Virus record (IMG/VR): IMGVR_UViG_2904560550_000001
Coordinates: 57,625-121,624 of that record
DNA: 64,000 nucleotides
Direction: 5' to 3' (one strand)
Source of the DNA: a virus
Lineage: Duplodnaviria > Caudoviricetes
The notes below the pieces were generated by a model, which searched no databases, was not told the DNA's origin, and saw nothing but the letters and a program-made list of their open reading frames with translations. A program made the translations under genes and the position numbers. Positions within the stretch are counted from its first letter, which is position 1, and the number at the start of each line of letters is the position of its first letter. Below are positions 50,562 through 60,303 of the stretch, one piece after another.

Positions 50562-51273
50562 CCTTAAAAAAGACAGTCTTGTCGGTAAAGTTTATGTGAA
50601 TAACGCAAACCAAAAGTACAAAGTGGTTCAAGTTTTTAGAGAAATGAACAGATATAAATATAGAATTCGTTTTCTTAAAACTGGGTATGGAAGAGTTGTT
50701 GAAAAAGTTGAAATGAAACGCGGGAAGATAAAAGATAAGTTTGAGAAGTCTGTATTCGGAGTAGGGTACATGGGCAATGTGAAAATGACTGATCATAAAA
50801 AGGAGTACAGTGTTTGGAGTGGAATGCTTGAGCGTTGCTATCATCCAAGGGGATGTGGTTATGAAAGATACGGTGCCAAAGGAGTGACTGTGGAAAGAAG
50901 GTGGCATTGCTTCGAGAATTTTTTAGAGGATCTCCCTTTAATCAAAGGGTATGATGAGATCCTGTTTTCTCAAGGAAAGATTCATTTGGATAAAGATAAA
51001 ATTCAAATAAATGTGCCAATAAATAAAAGGAAATACTCACTTGTAACATGTTGCTTCTTAACTAAGAAAGAAAACAACAATTATAGAGACTTAGAAAATA
51101 TAAAAAAAGAAATATTCGCATTATCTCCTGAAGGAGTTTTGATTGAAGCTAAAGGAATTAGGGAGTTTGCAAGAGACCATGGATTAATTAAACAAGGTAT
51201 TATGCGGTGTTTATCTGGAAGGGCTAAAACACATAAAGGATGGAAATTCAAATATAAAAGAGAGGCGATTTAA
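50554..51273 (+). CDS. Free-standing HNH-type homing endonuclease with C-terminal NUMOD1-like HTH
   Basis: [23 protein letters not shown]; [16 protein letters not shown]. Confidence 0.75.
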   Translation: MINLKKDSLVGKVYVNNANQKYKVVQVFREMNRYKYRIRFLKTGYGRVVEKVEMKRGKIKDKFEKSVFGVGYMGNVKMTDHKKEYSVWSGMLERCYHPRGCGYERYGAKGVTVERRWHCFENFLEDLPLIKGYDEILFSQGKIHLDKDKIQINVPINKRKYSLVTCCFLTKKENNNYRDLENIKKEIFALSPEGVLIEAKGIREFARDHGLIKQGIMRCLSGRAKTHKGWKFKYKREAI

Positions 51274-51516
51274 ATGAGATTAATTAAATTAGAGCAACCG
51301 AATTGTAATCCCTGCAAAATGGTATCTAATTATTTAAATGAAGTAGGAGTTAAATATGAGACAGTTGATGTTACACAAAAGCCAGAAGTAGCAGCGCAAT
51401 TTGAAGTAATGGGTGTACCGGTGACTATCTTGCTTAATGAGCAAGGAGAGGAAGTAAAACGAAGTATTGGCTTTAAGTCGAATGAACTTGATGAGTTGTT
51501 AAAGGAATTACGATAA
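51274..51516 (+). CDS. Thioredoxin/NrdH-like redoxin (YosR-like)
   Basis: CNPC motif; GVPV. Confidence 0.9.
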   Translation: MRLIKLEQPNCNPCKMVSNYLNEVGVKYETVDVTQKPEVAAQFEVMGVPVTILLNEQGEEVKRSIGFKSNELDELLKELR

Positions 51517-51545
51517 AAGGGTAATTTATTAAAGGAGGGCTGACC

Positions 51546-51722
51546 ATATTCGGTTGGAATTTTAATAGGCTTTTATGGTGGAATTACATATTGTTGTTTA
51601 TTTTTTTAATCACTATCCTACCCTTATGGATAATTGATTGGATAACCTTCTGTAAGATTAAACGTGTAGACTGGATTATTCAACGGTACTCAGATTGGGC
51701 TACTTATTTAATTTTTGGATAA
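51546..51722 (+). CDS. 58-aa membrane protein with apparent ATA start
   Basis: AAAGGAGG RBS; hydrophobic, W-rich. Confidence 0.5.
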   Translation: MFGWNFNRLLWWNYILLFIFLITILPLWIIDWITFCKIKRVDWIIQRYSDWATYLIFG

Positions 51723-51761
51723 CAGATGTTTTACATAAAAAACTAAAGGAGTTAATACATT

Positions 51762-52190
51762 ATGCAAATTAAAATCAAATATTTAGATGATACACAAACA
51801 AGAATCAGCAAAATTGAACAGGGCGATTGGATTGATCTGCGGGCAGCTGAAGATGTAGTAATCAAAAAGGACGAATTTAAACTTATCCCATTAGGAGTGG
51901 CAATGGAGCTACCAGAAGGGCATGAGGCTCATATCGTACCTCGGGGAAGTACATTTAAAAACTTTGGTATCATTGAGACAAACTCAATGGGTGTTATTGA
52001 TGAGTCCTACAAGGGAGACAATGATTTCTGGTTCTTCCCTGCATATGCATTACGGGATACAGAAATTAAAAAAGGGGATCGTATTTGTCAGTTCAGAATT
52101 ATGAAGAAAATGTCTGCAGTTGAATTGATTGAGGTAGATCATCTAGGCAACGATGATCGCGGTGGGCACGGATCGACTGGAACTAAGTAA
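51762..52190 (+). CDS. dut: dUTPase (YosS-like)
   Basis: [25 protein letters not shown]. Confidence 0.95.
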   Translation: MQIKIKYLDDTQTRISKIEQGDWIDLRAAEDVVIKKDEFKLIPLGVAMELPEGHEAHIVPRGSTFKNFGIIETNSMGVIDESYKGDNDFWFFPAYALRDTEIKKGDRICQFRIMKKMSAVELIEVDHLGNDDRGGHGSTGTK

Positions 52191-52478
52191 TACAAGCCCT
52201 GGCTTAGATGATGATGTTTGTCCAGTGGAGGGTCTTAGCCAGGGTACAACTTAAAATACTCAAAAAATTCAACAATTATACCTACAAAGGAGATGCTGGA
52301 TGAAAAAAAGATTACGTAAAAAGGCGTGGATGACAGGGAATACAAAACATGGCGAATTCATGTTTAATGTAATTGATAAGGTAAATGCAGATGGATATGT
52401 GTATTATCCAAAAGGACGCTATCATGTAGACAGAAAAGGGAACATGTACAAGTTTAAAATTTAGAAAAAAGCGAAATT

Positions 52479-52787
52479 GTGATGACTGAAGTTTATAAAG
52501 AACTTAGGGATACCAAAGGGTGTCGATTGAACGAACATCTCTATAAAAGAAGACTTTTATCTAAAACAATAAGGAGGAAAAAGATCATAAACAATAACAG
52601 TCGTAAAGATTTACAAACAAAGTATGATGACATGCTCTTCAGAAACGGACTTTGTTTGGGATTTATTCAAAAACATGGGCTTGAAGATAAGTTCTTAGGG
52701 CATATGAAACAAGTTGCAGCTTATGAAGAAGACCAAAGGTATAGAGTTGCAGCAGTTAATTTTTTGAGTTTATTAGAATCAAACTAA
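52479..52787 (+). CDS. Hypothetical protein (start probably near 52587)
   Basis: Internal AAGGAGG at 52571. Confidence 0.55.
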   Translation: MMTEVYKELRDTKGCRLNEHLYKRRLLSKTIRRKKIINNNSRKDLQTKYDDMLFRNGLCLGFIQKHGLEDKFLGHMKQVAAYEEDQRYRVAAVNFLSLLESN

Positions 52788-52806
52788 AACAAAGAGGGGT
52801 AAAAAT

Positions 52807-53073
52807 ATGGAGAATACTTATCATTATTATAAATTAAACAAAGATCTACAGGCTGTAAAAGCTGTCTCTAGATTTCTTCCTAAAGAAAGCGAAGCTTATA
52901 GAGAACTGATTAAAGTTGAAATTGGAATTTTGGAGGAAAAGAGAGAGCTTCTTAATGGCAAAGGAAAAATGAACAAACTGGATCAGGAACAAACAGGAGA
53001 CCTGGGAAGACAGCTAACAGATAAGATCGCTGAAGTTTTAGAAATTGTTGAAAGGATTAGCCATCATGGATAA
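52807..53073 (+). CDS. Hypothetical phage protein
   Basis: GAGGGG RBS. Confidence 0.7.
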   Translation: MENTYHYYKLNKDLQAVKAVSRFLPKESEAYRELIKVEIGILEEKRELLNGKGKMNKLDQEQTGDLGRQLTDKIAEVLEIVERISHHG

Positions 53074-53365
53074 ACACATAGAGAAAATAAAAGCTCATCT
53101 AAAAGGAATAAACAACCTTGAACAGGGTCTCAAACTTTTCAGTGAAGACGATGAAGAATATATAAGCTTATTAGCTAAGATACAACGGCTGTTTGATTTA
53201 ATATCAGACGAATCAATGGAGGCCTTTAAAGAACTATCAATACATATAAGAAACACAGGTCAGAAAAGAATACAACGAGGAATTGATCAGCTGCCTCACA
53301 CAATCAAAGAAAGTGTAAGTGAAGAAATCAAAGACATGAAGAGAGCTGGAGAGTTGTTTGATTAA
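53066..53365 (+). CDS. Hypothetical phage protein
   Basis: AAAGGA RBS before MDKHIEK. Confidence 0.7.
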   Translation: MDKHIEKIKAHLKGINNLEQGLKLFSEDDEEYISLLAKIQRLFDLISDESMEAFKELSIHIRNTGQKRIQRGIDQLPHTIKESVSEEIKDMKRAGELFD

Positions 53366-53408
53366 TTATAGTTATTTATAGGGTAAAAATAAAATAAGGA
53401 GATGTATT

Positions 53409-53822
53409 ATAATTACATACTTTACGTTATTACTTGCAGCATACTTGTTTGCACTAAACATTAATGAAATTAGATTAATTACACGAGGAGAACAGAACGT
53501 TTACTCAAAAGTTACACATATGCTTTCTAACACACCTTATAAAGAACTGAAGAAAAATAAGAACCTAGTGTATGCCATTACATTGTTCAAGGGGATTTCG
53601 TTCATTATCCCCTTGGCTACTATTGGACTGATTACGCATGGTAACTTGCTAATGTTAGCTTGGACAGCTTTTGCTTTAATTTATACCGGTTTAACAATGT
53701 TTAGAATTCTTGATGTTTTGGACGGTGACTCAAACAATAAACAAAACAAGTTCGTGTACATGCTTTTTGTTTGCGGTAATATTGTCTTCGTGGTTAACTT
53801 TATTATCAGTTGGTTTCAATAA
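53409..53822 (+). CDS. Membrane protein (possible ATA start)
   Basis: AAGGAG RBS; several transmembrane segments. Confidence 0.65.
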   Translation: MITYFTLLLAAYLFALNINEIRLITRGEQNVYSKVTHMLSNTPYKELKKNKNLVYAITLFKGISFIIPLATIGLITHGNLLMLAWTAFALIYTGLTMFRILDVLDGDSNNKQNKFVYMLFVCGNIVFVVNFIISWFQ

Positions 53823-53836
53823 AGGAGAATAGAAAT

Positions 53837-54676
53837 ATGACTCAGTTTGATAGGCAATACAACACAATCATAAATGACATTATTAATAATGGGGCATCAG
53901 ACGAAGAATTCGATGTCAGAACCAAATGGGATACTGATGGAACACCAGCACATACGCTCAGTGTTATCAGTAAGCAAATGCGGTTTGATAATTCCGAAGT
54001 ACCGATTTTAACGACTAAAAAAGTCGCATGGAAAACAGCAATTAAGGAATTACTTTGGATATGGCAGCTTAAATCAAACAATGTTAACGAATTAAACAAG
54101 ATGGGCGTACATATTTGGGATCAATGGAAACAAGAAGATGGTACGATCGGCAAAGCATATGGATACCAGCTTGGTAAGAAGAACAGAATGCTAAACGGTG
54201 AAGAGGTTGATCAGGTTGATTATCTTATTCATCAGTTGAAAAATAATCCATCATCACGCAGACATATTACAACGCTTTGGAATCCTGATGAATTAGACTC
54301 GATGGCATTGACGCCCTGTGTCTATGGTACTCAATGGCTTGTAAAAGGCGGGAAGTTGCATTTAGAAGTTTTCTGTCGCAGTAATGATCTCGCGCTCGGG
54401 AATCCGTTTAATGTGTTTCAGTACAATGTTTTACAGCGTATGATCGCTCAAGTTACTGGCTATGAGCTGGGTGAGTACATCTTCAATATTGGAGACTGTC
54501 ACGTATACACTCGTCATATAGACATTTTGAAAATTCAAATGGAAAGAGAGCAATACGAAGCACCTGAGCTATGGATTAATCCGGATGTAAAAGACTTTTA
54601 TGATTTCACAATTGACGATTTCAAACTGATTAATTATAAGCATGGAGACAAGCTTTACTTTGAGGTAGCAGTATAA
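53837..54676 (+). CDS. thyA: Thymidylate synthase (ThyP3/ThyA type)
   Basis: SRRH, LTPCVY, RSND, GNPFN, HVY. Confidence 0.97.
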   Translation: MTQFDRQYNTIINDIINNGASDEEFDVRTKWDTDGTPAHTLSVISKQMRFDNSEVPILTTKKVAWKTAIKELLWIWQLKSNNVNELNKMGVHIWDQWKQEDGTIGKAYGYQLGKKNRMLNGEEVDQVDYLIHQLKNNPSSRRHITTLWNPDELDSMALTPCVYGTQWLVKGGKLHLEVFCRSNDLALGNPFNVFQYNVLQRMIAQVTGYELGEYIFNIGDCHVYTRHIDILKIQMEREQYEAPELWINPDVKDFYDFTIDDFKLINYKHGDKLYFEVAV

Positions 54677-55230
54677 TGCTATCTCTTATTGCTTGCTGCG
54701 ATAAATCAATGGCCATTGGGTATGAGAATAATTTGCTTTACCATATTCCTGAAGACATGAAACGTTTTAAAGAACTCACTACAGGAAAGTTGTGTATTCA
54801 GGGAAGGCTTACATATGAATCGATCGTAAACATTACAGGAAAACCACTTCAAAACCGAAGGAATATCATATTGACCAAAAATAAGGATTTCAAGCCTGAT
54901 CATTCTTCATTTGTTTATCATTCGGTTAACGATGTCTTAAAGCTTATACGTGGTCAATTGGATAGAAATGAAGAAGTAATGGTAATTGGAGGAGGCGATA
55001 TATACGAGGCATTCTTACCTCATGCAGATAAGGTTTATTTAACGATTGTTGATTCAGCTGCTGCGAAGGCAGATTCCTATTTTCCAAGGTTAAATGATGA
55101 TTGGAGAGTAATTGAAAAGGATCACAGGAAAGCAGGCAACAATACTGCATATAATTATTCATTTTTGACTTACTCAAAACAAATTAAGAGTAAAAATAAA
55201 ATAGTTATAGACTTTCGGGAAGTTGAATGA
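54676..55230 (+). CDS. dfrA: Dihydrofolate reductase
   Basis: IG, PEDMKRFK, GRLTYES, IGGGDIY, DSYFP. Confidence 0.95.
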   Translation: MLSLIACCDKSMAIGYENNLLYHIPEDMKRFKELTTGKLCIQGRLTYESIVNITGKPLQNRRNIILTKNKDFKPDHSSFVYHSVNDVLKLIRGQLDRNEEVMVIGGGDIYEAFLPHADKVYLTIVDSAAAKADSYFPRLNDDWRVIEKDHRKAGNNTAYNYSFLTYSKQIKSKNKIVIDFREVE

Positions 55231-55236
55231 TAAGAT

Positions 55237-55265
55237 AAAGACAAGTTAAAAGCTTGTCTTTTTTT
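55237..55265 (+). terminator. Intrinsic terminator
   Basis: AAAGACAAG-TTAAAAG-CTTGTCTTTTTTT. Confidence 0.75.
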
Positions 55266-55310
55266 ACATACTTTTAGAATAAAAATAAAATAATTTATAG
55301 GAGTGGCGAT

Positions 55311-55667
55311 ATGAAAACTGCAACTGATTATCTTGTTTCCATTTCAAAACCTCTTGCAGCAATTGAGGAGACTAAACAACGACTTCAAAATGAAATTGAT
55401 AACCTTTATAAAGAGCTCGGGAAAGTTGATAAAGAGCTCAATGAATTTTATCACAAGCTAGAAGAAGACAAATTTAATGCTTCAGAGGGATATCATCTTT
55501 CGTTAAAAGGTCAAAAGATATTGAGAAAGCGGAGAAGCTTAAAACAAGAACTCCAATTATTGAACACACTTTTAGGGAGTCTAAACAATAACGGATGGAC
55601 TCTTGAATCACTAAAAATTGCAGAGTATAGAATTAGCAAAAAGAAAAACAAGCACTTACAGTATTAA
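55311..55667 (+). CDS. Coiled-coil phage protein (YosV-like)
   Basis: AGGAG RBS; FNASEGY motif. Confidence 0.7.
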   Translation: MKTATDYLVSISKPLAAIEETKQRLQNEIDNLYKELGKVDKELNEFYHKLEEDKFNASEGYHLSLKGQKILRKRRSLKQELQLLNTLLGSLNNNGWTLESLKIAEYRISKKKNKHLQY

Positions 55668-55735
55668 TCAGTTTAAAGACATAATCCACATTCACATTGT
55701 AATTACATATTAAATCCTTATAAGGAGGTGATTAA

Positions 55736-56062
55736 TTGCAACAAAAGGAGCAAGAATTGTTGTCAAAGAAAGAACAGCTTGAAATTGATGTTTTAGAAAA
55801 GGAAGCAGCTTTACTCCGGCTAGAAGTGGAACAAGAAGATTTCAATCTCCACAAAATTGGGGAGATCGGAGTACTTAAAGATTTTCTTTTATACATAAAG
55901 AAATACAGATCAATGTTTACTGTGCAGCAAGCAGAAGAGTTTAGAAATATGGATGGCCGGATAAAAGAAATTGTTAAAGTCCATGATGAACAAGTTATGG
56001 TTGATGAAGAAGCTTTAGAGGGATTTATTGAAGAAATTGAGAATCAAATTAAATTAATATAA
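55736..56062 (+). CDS. Coiled-coil phage protein (YosW-like)
   Basis: AAGGAGGTG RBS. Confidence 0.7.
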   Translation: MQQKEQELLSKKEQLEIDVLEKEAALLRLEVEQEDFNLHKIGEIGVLKDFLLYIKKYRSMFTVQQAEEFRNMDGRIKEIVKVHDEQVMVDEEALEGFIEEIENQIKLI

Positions 56063-56079
56063 ATTGGAGGAGATGAGGA

Positions 56080-56826
56080 ATGAAAAACGTAAATCAAACG
56101 GTGATCAATAATGCGAATACGGTATTTGAAAAGAAGGACGATAAATATTTCGGCTATAAATCTCGTTTTGGAGATGTCGTTATTGGTGGAGCATATTCGT
56201 ATAGGTTCGTAGTTCACTACGCAAAAACGAACCAAGACGTTATTATTATGCCTTGCGATGTGAATACAGTAACGACTCCGGTCTGTACGACGTTAGAGGA
56301 ACGTTTATGGAAGCCAGAGAAAACCGCCCAAGCCCGCCGTGATGAAATCGTTAAGCAGGCGAAGGTAGACGTTTGGGAATTAACGAAAAACGGTGATGGA
56401 GTCAGATATAAATTAGACGCATTCTACCACGCATCCTGTGAAGTTGAATTCGTAGTAAATCGCCATAAGCGAACTGTTGTCGTCTTGTTGAAAGGGATTC
56501 GTACCCGAGAGGTCTACGCAAGAGGAATCGCTAAAGCCGCATCTGATGACTGCTTCAACGTTCACATCGGAAAGGCGATTGCGCTAAGACGTGCGCTAGA
56601 CTTGACGGTGCCGGACGAATACTTGAATGCGCCGCAGCCGACGGAGGTTCGTGTGGGCGATGTTATAGAAGTTACATTAGATAGCGGAGAAATAGAGAAA
56701 AAGCCCGTTATTTCTTTAAAAGCAGGAAGTCTAAATGCGCATTTGCCGGGAAGGATTATACAGTACCCATCGCATTATGCAAAAATCATCGACGACTCAC
56801 GTGAAGAGGTGGGCGGTGAGCGGTGA
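56080..56826 (+). CDS. Hypothetical phage protein, higher GC
   Basis: GIAKA..DDCFNVHIGKAIALRRA. Confidence 0.75.
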   Translation: MKNVNQTVINNANTVFEKKDDKYFGYKSRFGDVVIGGAYSYRFVVHYAKTNQDVIIMPCDVNTVTTPVCTTLEERLWKPEKTAQARRDEIVKQAKVDVWELTKNGDGVRYKLDAFYHASCEVEFVVNRHKRTVVVLLKGIRTREVYARGIAKAASDDCFNVHIGKAIALRRALDLTVPDEYLNAPQPTEVRVGDVIEVTLDSGEIEKKPVISLKAGSLNAHLPGRIIQYPSHYAKIIDDSREEVGGER

Positions 56827-57055
56827 GTGACGCATCATAGACGCTTAAAAACAACGGTGTTTAAAAAGTATAGCGGGTACGATTGGACTTGCGATGGAAT
56901 GTTTGAAACACCAAAAGTTAAAGGAAGCGATAAAAGAAAGAGATCCAAACACGAACGAGCAATTCGAAAAGCGATGGATAAAAAAGATATTAGTTATTAC
57001 GACTAAATTAATATGAAATCTGTATTTTAATTAAATTTGAAAAGAAGGCGAATAT

Positions 57056-57259
57056 ATGAAAGATGAAACTAGTAATATCCCAAACTGTCCGGCATTGAAT
57101 TTTAATTATCCTCATCACCTGGGGAAAATGTACATGGGAGCAGGATTGGATTTTGTTATTAATTTTTGTAAATGTAAGTATTGTGGAGCGATAATTGAAG
57201 AAAAAATAAGAGGAAGACGAACATCATATACAGTAAAAGAGGGGAAGGGAAGTAGCTAA
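57056..57259 (+). CDS. Small Cys-rich protein
   Basis: CKCKYCG. Confidence 0.55.
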   Translation: MKDETSNIPNCPALNFNYPHHLGKMYMGAGLDFVINFCKCKYCGAIIEEKIRGRRTSYTVKEGKGSS

Positions 57260-57275
57260 CCTACCCCCTCACAAA

Positions 57276-57488
57276 TTAATGAAATTGACCATTCATGCTT
57301 TGTTGAGCCAAGCGAACCAAACGTTTTGTAATTTCTCCACCTACTGATCCGTTTGCTCTGCTAGTTGTCTCAGGCCCTAAGTTCACACCGAACTCAGAAG
57401 CAATTTCATACTTCATTTGTTCAAGTGCACCAGCAGCTTGAGGTACGAGTAATTCATTGCTGTTGTTTGATCTGTTTTGTTGAGCCAT
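57276..57488 (-). CDS. sspC: Alpha/beta small acid-soluble spore protein
   Basis: [25 protein letters not shown]; AGGAG RBS. Confidence 0.95.
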   Translation of the reverse strand: MAQQNRSNNSNELLVPQAAGALEQMKYEIASEFGVNLGPETTSRANGSVGGEITKRLVRLAQQSMNGQFH

Positions 57489-57533
57489 ATGATCATCTCC
57501 TAAAGTAGTATGTAAAACAAGTTTGTTCAATTG

Positions 57534-57562
57534 TATTGTGTGGAGATGATTTGAGATTATAC
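57534..57562 (-). promoter_or_regulatory. Candidate sigmaG promoter of sspC
   Basis: GTATA-17bp-CACAATA on the minus strand. Confidence 0.6.
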
Positions 57563-57648
57563 ACATTAATTTGAAAAGAGGGGATTTAAATGTCAATTGG
57601 TCATGGAGCATGAGTTAACTCGTACTTAAACAAAGAAGGGGGGATAAA

Positions 57649-58479
57649 ATGAAAATCGATTATGTTTCAGATCTGCATATTAACCACTGGATTCCTTGGA
57701 ATAATAATCAAATCAAGTGGGAAAAGCGAACAAGGGAGATTATTAGAAGGTTAATATCGAATGGAAATGGAGAGGTATTAACCATTGCCGGTGACTTTAC
57801 TGAGTGGAATCAGCAAACACTGTGGGTACTGGATGAAGTAGCAAAGCAATATGAAAAGGTTTATTTCACATATGGCAATCATGATCTTTATTTACTCAGC
57901 AAAAATCAGCAACGAAAATACTCAGATTCATTGGGAAGGTTAAATGATCTAATTCAAAAGGCTACAGATATCAAGAATGTCACTCCATTGATAAAGTCAA
58001 CGGATACATACAAAGGGAAAGTCTTTGCAGGAGATGTTATGTGGTATCTTCCTAAAGGAAATGAAGGGTGGGATTTCTTCAAAGGAGTCTCAAATGATTC
58101 AAACTATATCAGCCTTAATGGATACAGCAAAGAAGATGCGGTAAGAGCAATGTGGAAAGAATCAATGGACTGGTATGATACCCTTCAAAACACTCACATT
58201 GATGTATTTGTTTCGCATGTCCCTCCTGTACACAATCCATATTCACCATTTGAGCCTAACAGCTGCTATATGGTCGATTTGCCATTCATTAATGCTGAAC
58301 ATTGGGTTTGTGGACACGACCATTTACAAGCCGAGTTTGATAAAGAAGGAACGAGCTTTCACATGAACTGCATTGGGTATCCGTATGACTACGATATGTA
58401 TCCAAGAGTAAATGAGATACCTGGTAATAAAGTTGACACGTATAAAACGTTTGAGCTAAAGACATTTGAGATCAAATGA
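57649..58479 (+). CDS. Metallophosphoesterase (YotB-like)
   Basis: SDLH, AGD, GNHD, SHVPP, GHDH. Confidence 0.9.
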   Translation: MKIDYVSDLHINHWIPWNNNQIKWEKRTREIIRRLISNGNGEVLTIAGDFTEWNQQTLWVLDEVAKQYEKVYFTYGNHDLYLLSKNQQRKYSDSLGRLNDLIQKATDIKNVTPLIKSTDTYKGKVFAGDVMWYLPKGNEGWDFFKGVSNDSNYISLNGYSKEDAVRAMWKESMDWYDTLQNTHIDVFVSHVPPVHNPYSPFEPNSCYMVDLPFINAEHWVCGHDHLQAEFDKEGTSFHMNCIGYPYDYDMYPRVNEIPGNKVDTYKTFELKTFEIK

Positions 58480-58509
58480 AATTCTAATTTTATACAGTGA
58501 GGGATACGA

Positions 58510-58704
58510 ATGATAAAGTTTAGCGGTAAATCGGTTGGTTTTGGTAGTGAAGACAATCTTGAAATTATGGGTGACTGTAAGAAAGATAGTATTACTATTA
58601 GTCATGAAACGGATGGAGTAGGTGGATTAACAACGATTTACGTAAATGGCAACTATATCTGCGTAGATACAAACTCTTTAAAATGTGAAGCAGTTAATGA
58701 ATAA
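58510..58704 (+). CDS. Hypothetical phage protein
   Basis: GAGGG RBS; flanked by a 14-bp direct repeat. Confidence 0.65.
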   Translation: MIKFSGKSVGFGSEDNLEIMGDCKKDSITISHETDGVGGLTTIYVNGNYICVDTNSLKCEAVNE

Positions 58705-59111
58705 AAGTTGATTCTTCTAATTTTATACGGAAGAGAGGGATTGCTATTGTGATTGGAAAAGCACTATACAATAATTCATGGTTTGAAGTTGCAAATATCA
58801 ACTTTGACTCAGGGCATATCATAATTAAAAACGAAAGTGAAAACTCGTTGGGTTTGAGAATAGGTGAAACACTGACACTTGACCTTGACTACGTCGATGA
58901 TGTAAAAATTGGACTTTTGCTGTGAATGCATAAAATGTTGATTTCATTTAGAAGGGATAAACCTCAATGAAAGAAATTGAATTTGAAGAAATTAAGCAAT
59001 TCGTTGAAGTAATGTCTCGGCAAGCTGGATCGACCAAGGTGATGAAAATTCACATTAGTTATGCAGAATGGTTGGTCGCTGAAGTCGAACGCTTAAGGGG
59101 GGTAACCATTC

Positions 59112-59504
59112 ATGGATAATGGAGGCACAAAGGTAAATATTCATTTTAATAACGGTTCTCTAATTGAGGGTTTCAAAGTGTTTAGTGAACTAACCGAATC
59201 TTCGACTGTATATGAAAAAATAATGAATCATCCGGAAAGCAAAAAGGTAGCGTTAATTAAGTTTGGCTTTGGGCAATTGTCACCAATTAAAGTTGAAAAA
59301 TGGTTTAAGTCATATAATCCGCCCAAATACTACGAATTTAGAAAAGCAGCAAACAACAATAAAGTTACTGACTTACATACTCAAGCAATGACAAAGGAAC
59401 AACGGACACGCCTATTAAATCTTGAAGAGGTCTTTAATGACGAAAAGTCTAGAAAGGCATTATTAAATTTAGCTGAACAAAACACCAAGAGAAATAGGGA
59501 TTGA
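59112..59504 (+). CDS. Hypothetical phage protein
   Basis: G-rich RBS. Confidence 0.65.
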   Translation: MDNGGTKVNIHFNNGSLIEGFKVFSELTESSTVYEKIMNHPESKKVALIKFGFGQLSPIKVEKWFKSYNPPKYYEFRKAANNNKVTDLHTQAMTKEQRTRLLNLEEVFNDEKSRKALLNLAEQNTKRNRD

Positions 59505-59543
59505 CTAACTGTTAATGAAAAACATGATTCTTGGAGGGATTAA

Positions 59544-59975
59544 ATGAACAATGAAAACTCTACAAAATGGTTTGATATAGACTTCAAGACTAAAACAGAC
59601 AATAACATTGATAGAGCTCTATTGCGATTATTTGATCTCATGAAGAAGAGTCTCCACATTTATTTCAATATTAAAAACTCTTCTGATATTCATGAGTTTT
59701 TAAAAATCGCAGCAGCAAAAAACAATGTCGATCATTCTTTTATTGAATGGATTAGGGAAAAGGGCATCCAAAGATTAAAGAAAATTGATTTTGGAAATTT
59801 ACCAAGCAATGATCAATTTCTTGCAATGATTGAGTTCGATGAATACTGTCTTAAATGTGAGATGGATTTTAAAGAACCAGAAGAGGTAAGGAGCTGTATC
59901 ATCACGATTATTAATAGTATTCAAGAATATATTAATATCTGCAACCAGTTAATTAAAGGAGGGCGAGTGATCTGA
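59544..59975 (+). CDS. Hypothetical phage protein
   Basis: GGAGG RBS. Confidence 0.7.
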   Translation: MNNENSTKWFDIDFKTKTDNNIDRALLRLFDLMKKSLHIYFNIKNSSDIHEFLKIAAAKNNVDHSFIEWIREKGIQRLKKIDFGNLPSNDQFLAMIEFDEYCLKCEMDFKEPEEVRSCIITIINSIQEYINICNQLIKGGRVI

Positions 59976-60142
59976 TTGTTACTGCATGGGTTTTATTAGT
60001 TGTATTTGGGCTTGTGTTATTAGCAAACATGGATTCCCAAGAGGATATTAAATTTGCAGTCTATATTGGTGTAATTAAATTTATTTCAGTTTTCATTGTT
60101 GCCATTGCAGCAGGAGTGATTTGGGGAGGGTTATTTCAATGA
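59972..60142 (+). CDS. YotH-like small membrane protein, CTG start
   Basis: (M)IVTAWVLL...AGVIWGGLFQ; GGAGG upstream. Confidence 0.55.
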   Translation: MIVTAWVLLVVFGLVLLANMDSQEDIKFAVYIGVIKFISVFIVAIAAGVIWGGLFQ

Positions 60143-60303
60143 TAAAGAGGATTATGAGTTTTAAGTCTGACGACTGGAGACATATTTTTTTCTTATTAAA
60201 GAGTGCGGCGAAGAATTTTTTTAAAGGTGATTTTCATGAAGCAAACGATGCGCTTTATTGGATACGGATACACTTGTCTTTTGAATCAAATAAAGTGAAG
60301 TGA
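60139..60303 (+). CDS. Hypothetical protein
   Basis: GGAGG RBS; ATGA overlap. Confidence 0.55.
   Translation: MIKRIMSFKSDDWRHIFFLLKSAAKNFFKGDFHEANDALYWIRIHLSFESNKVK

Noticed and set aside
57489-57611. N-terminal extension of the spore protein
   Set aside because: The RBS and the MAQQ start indicate initiation at 57488; the extension overlaps the candidate promoter.
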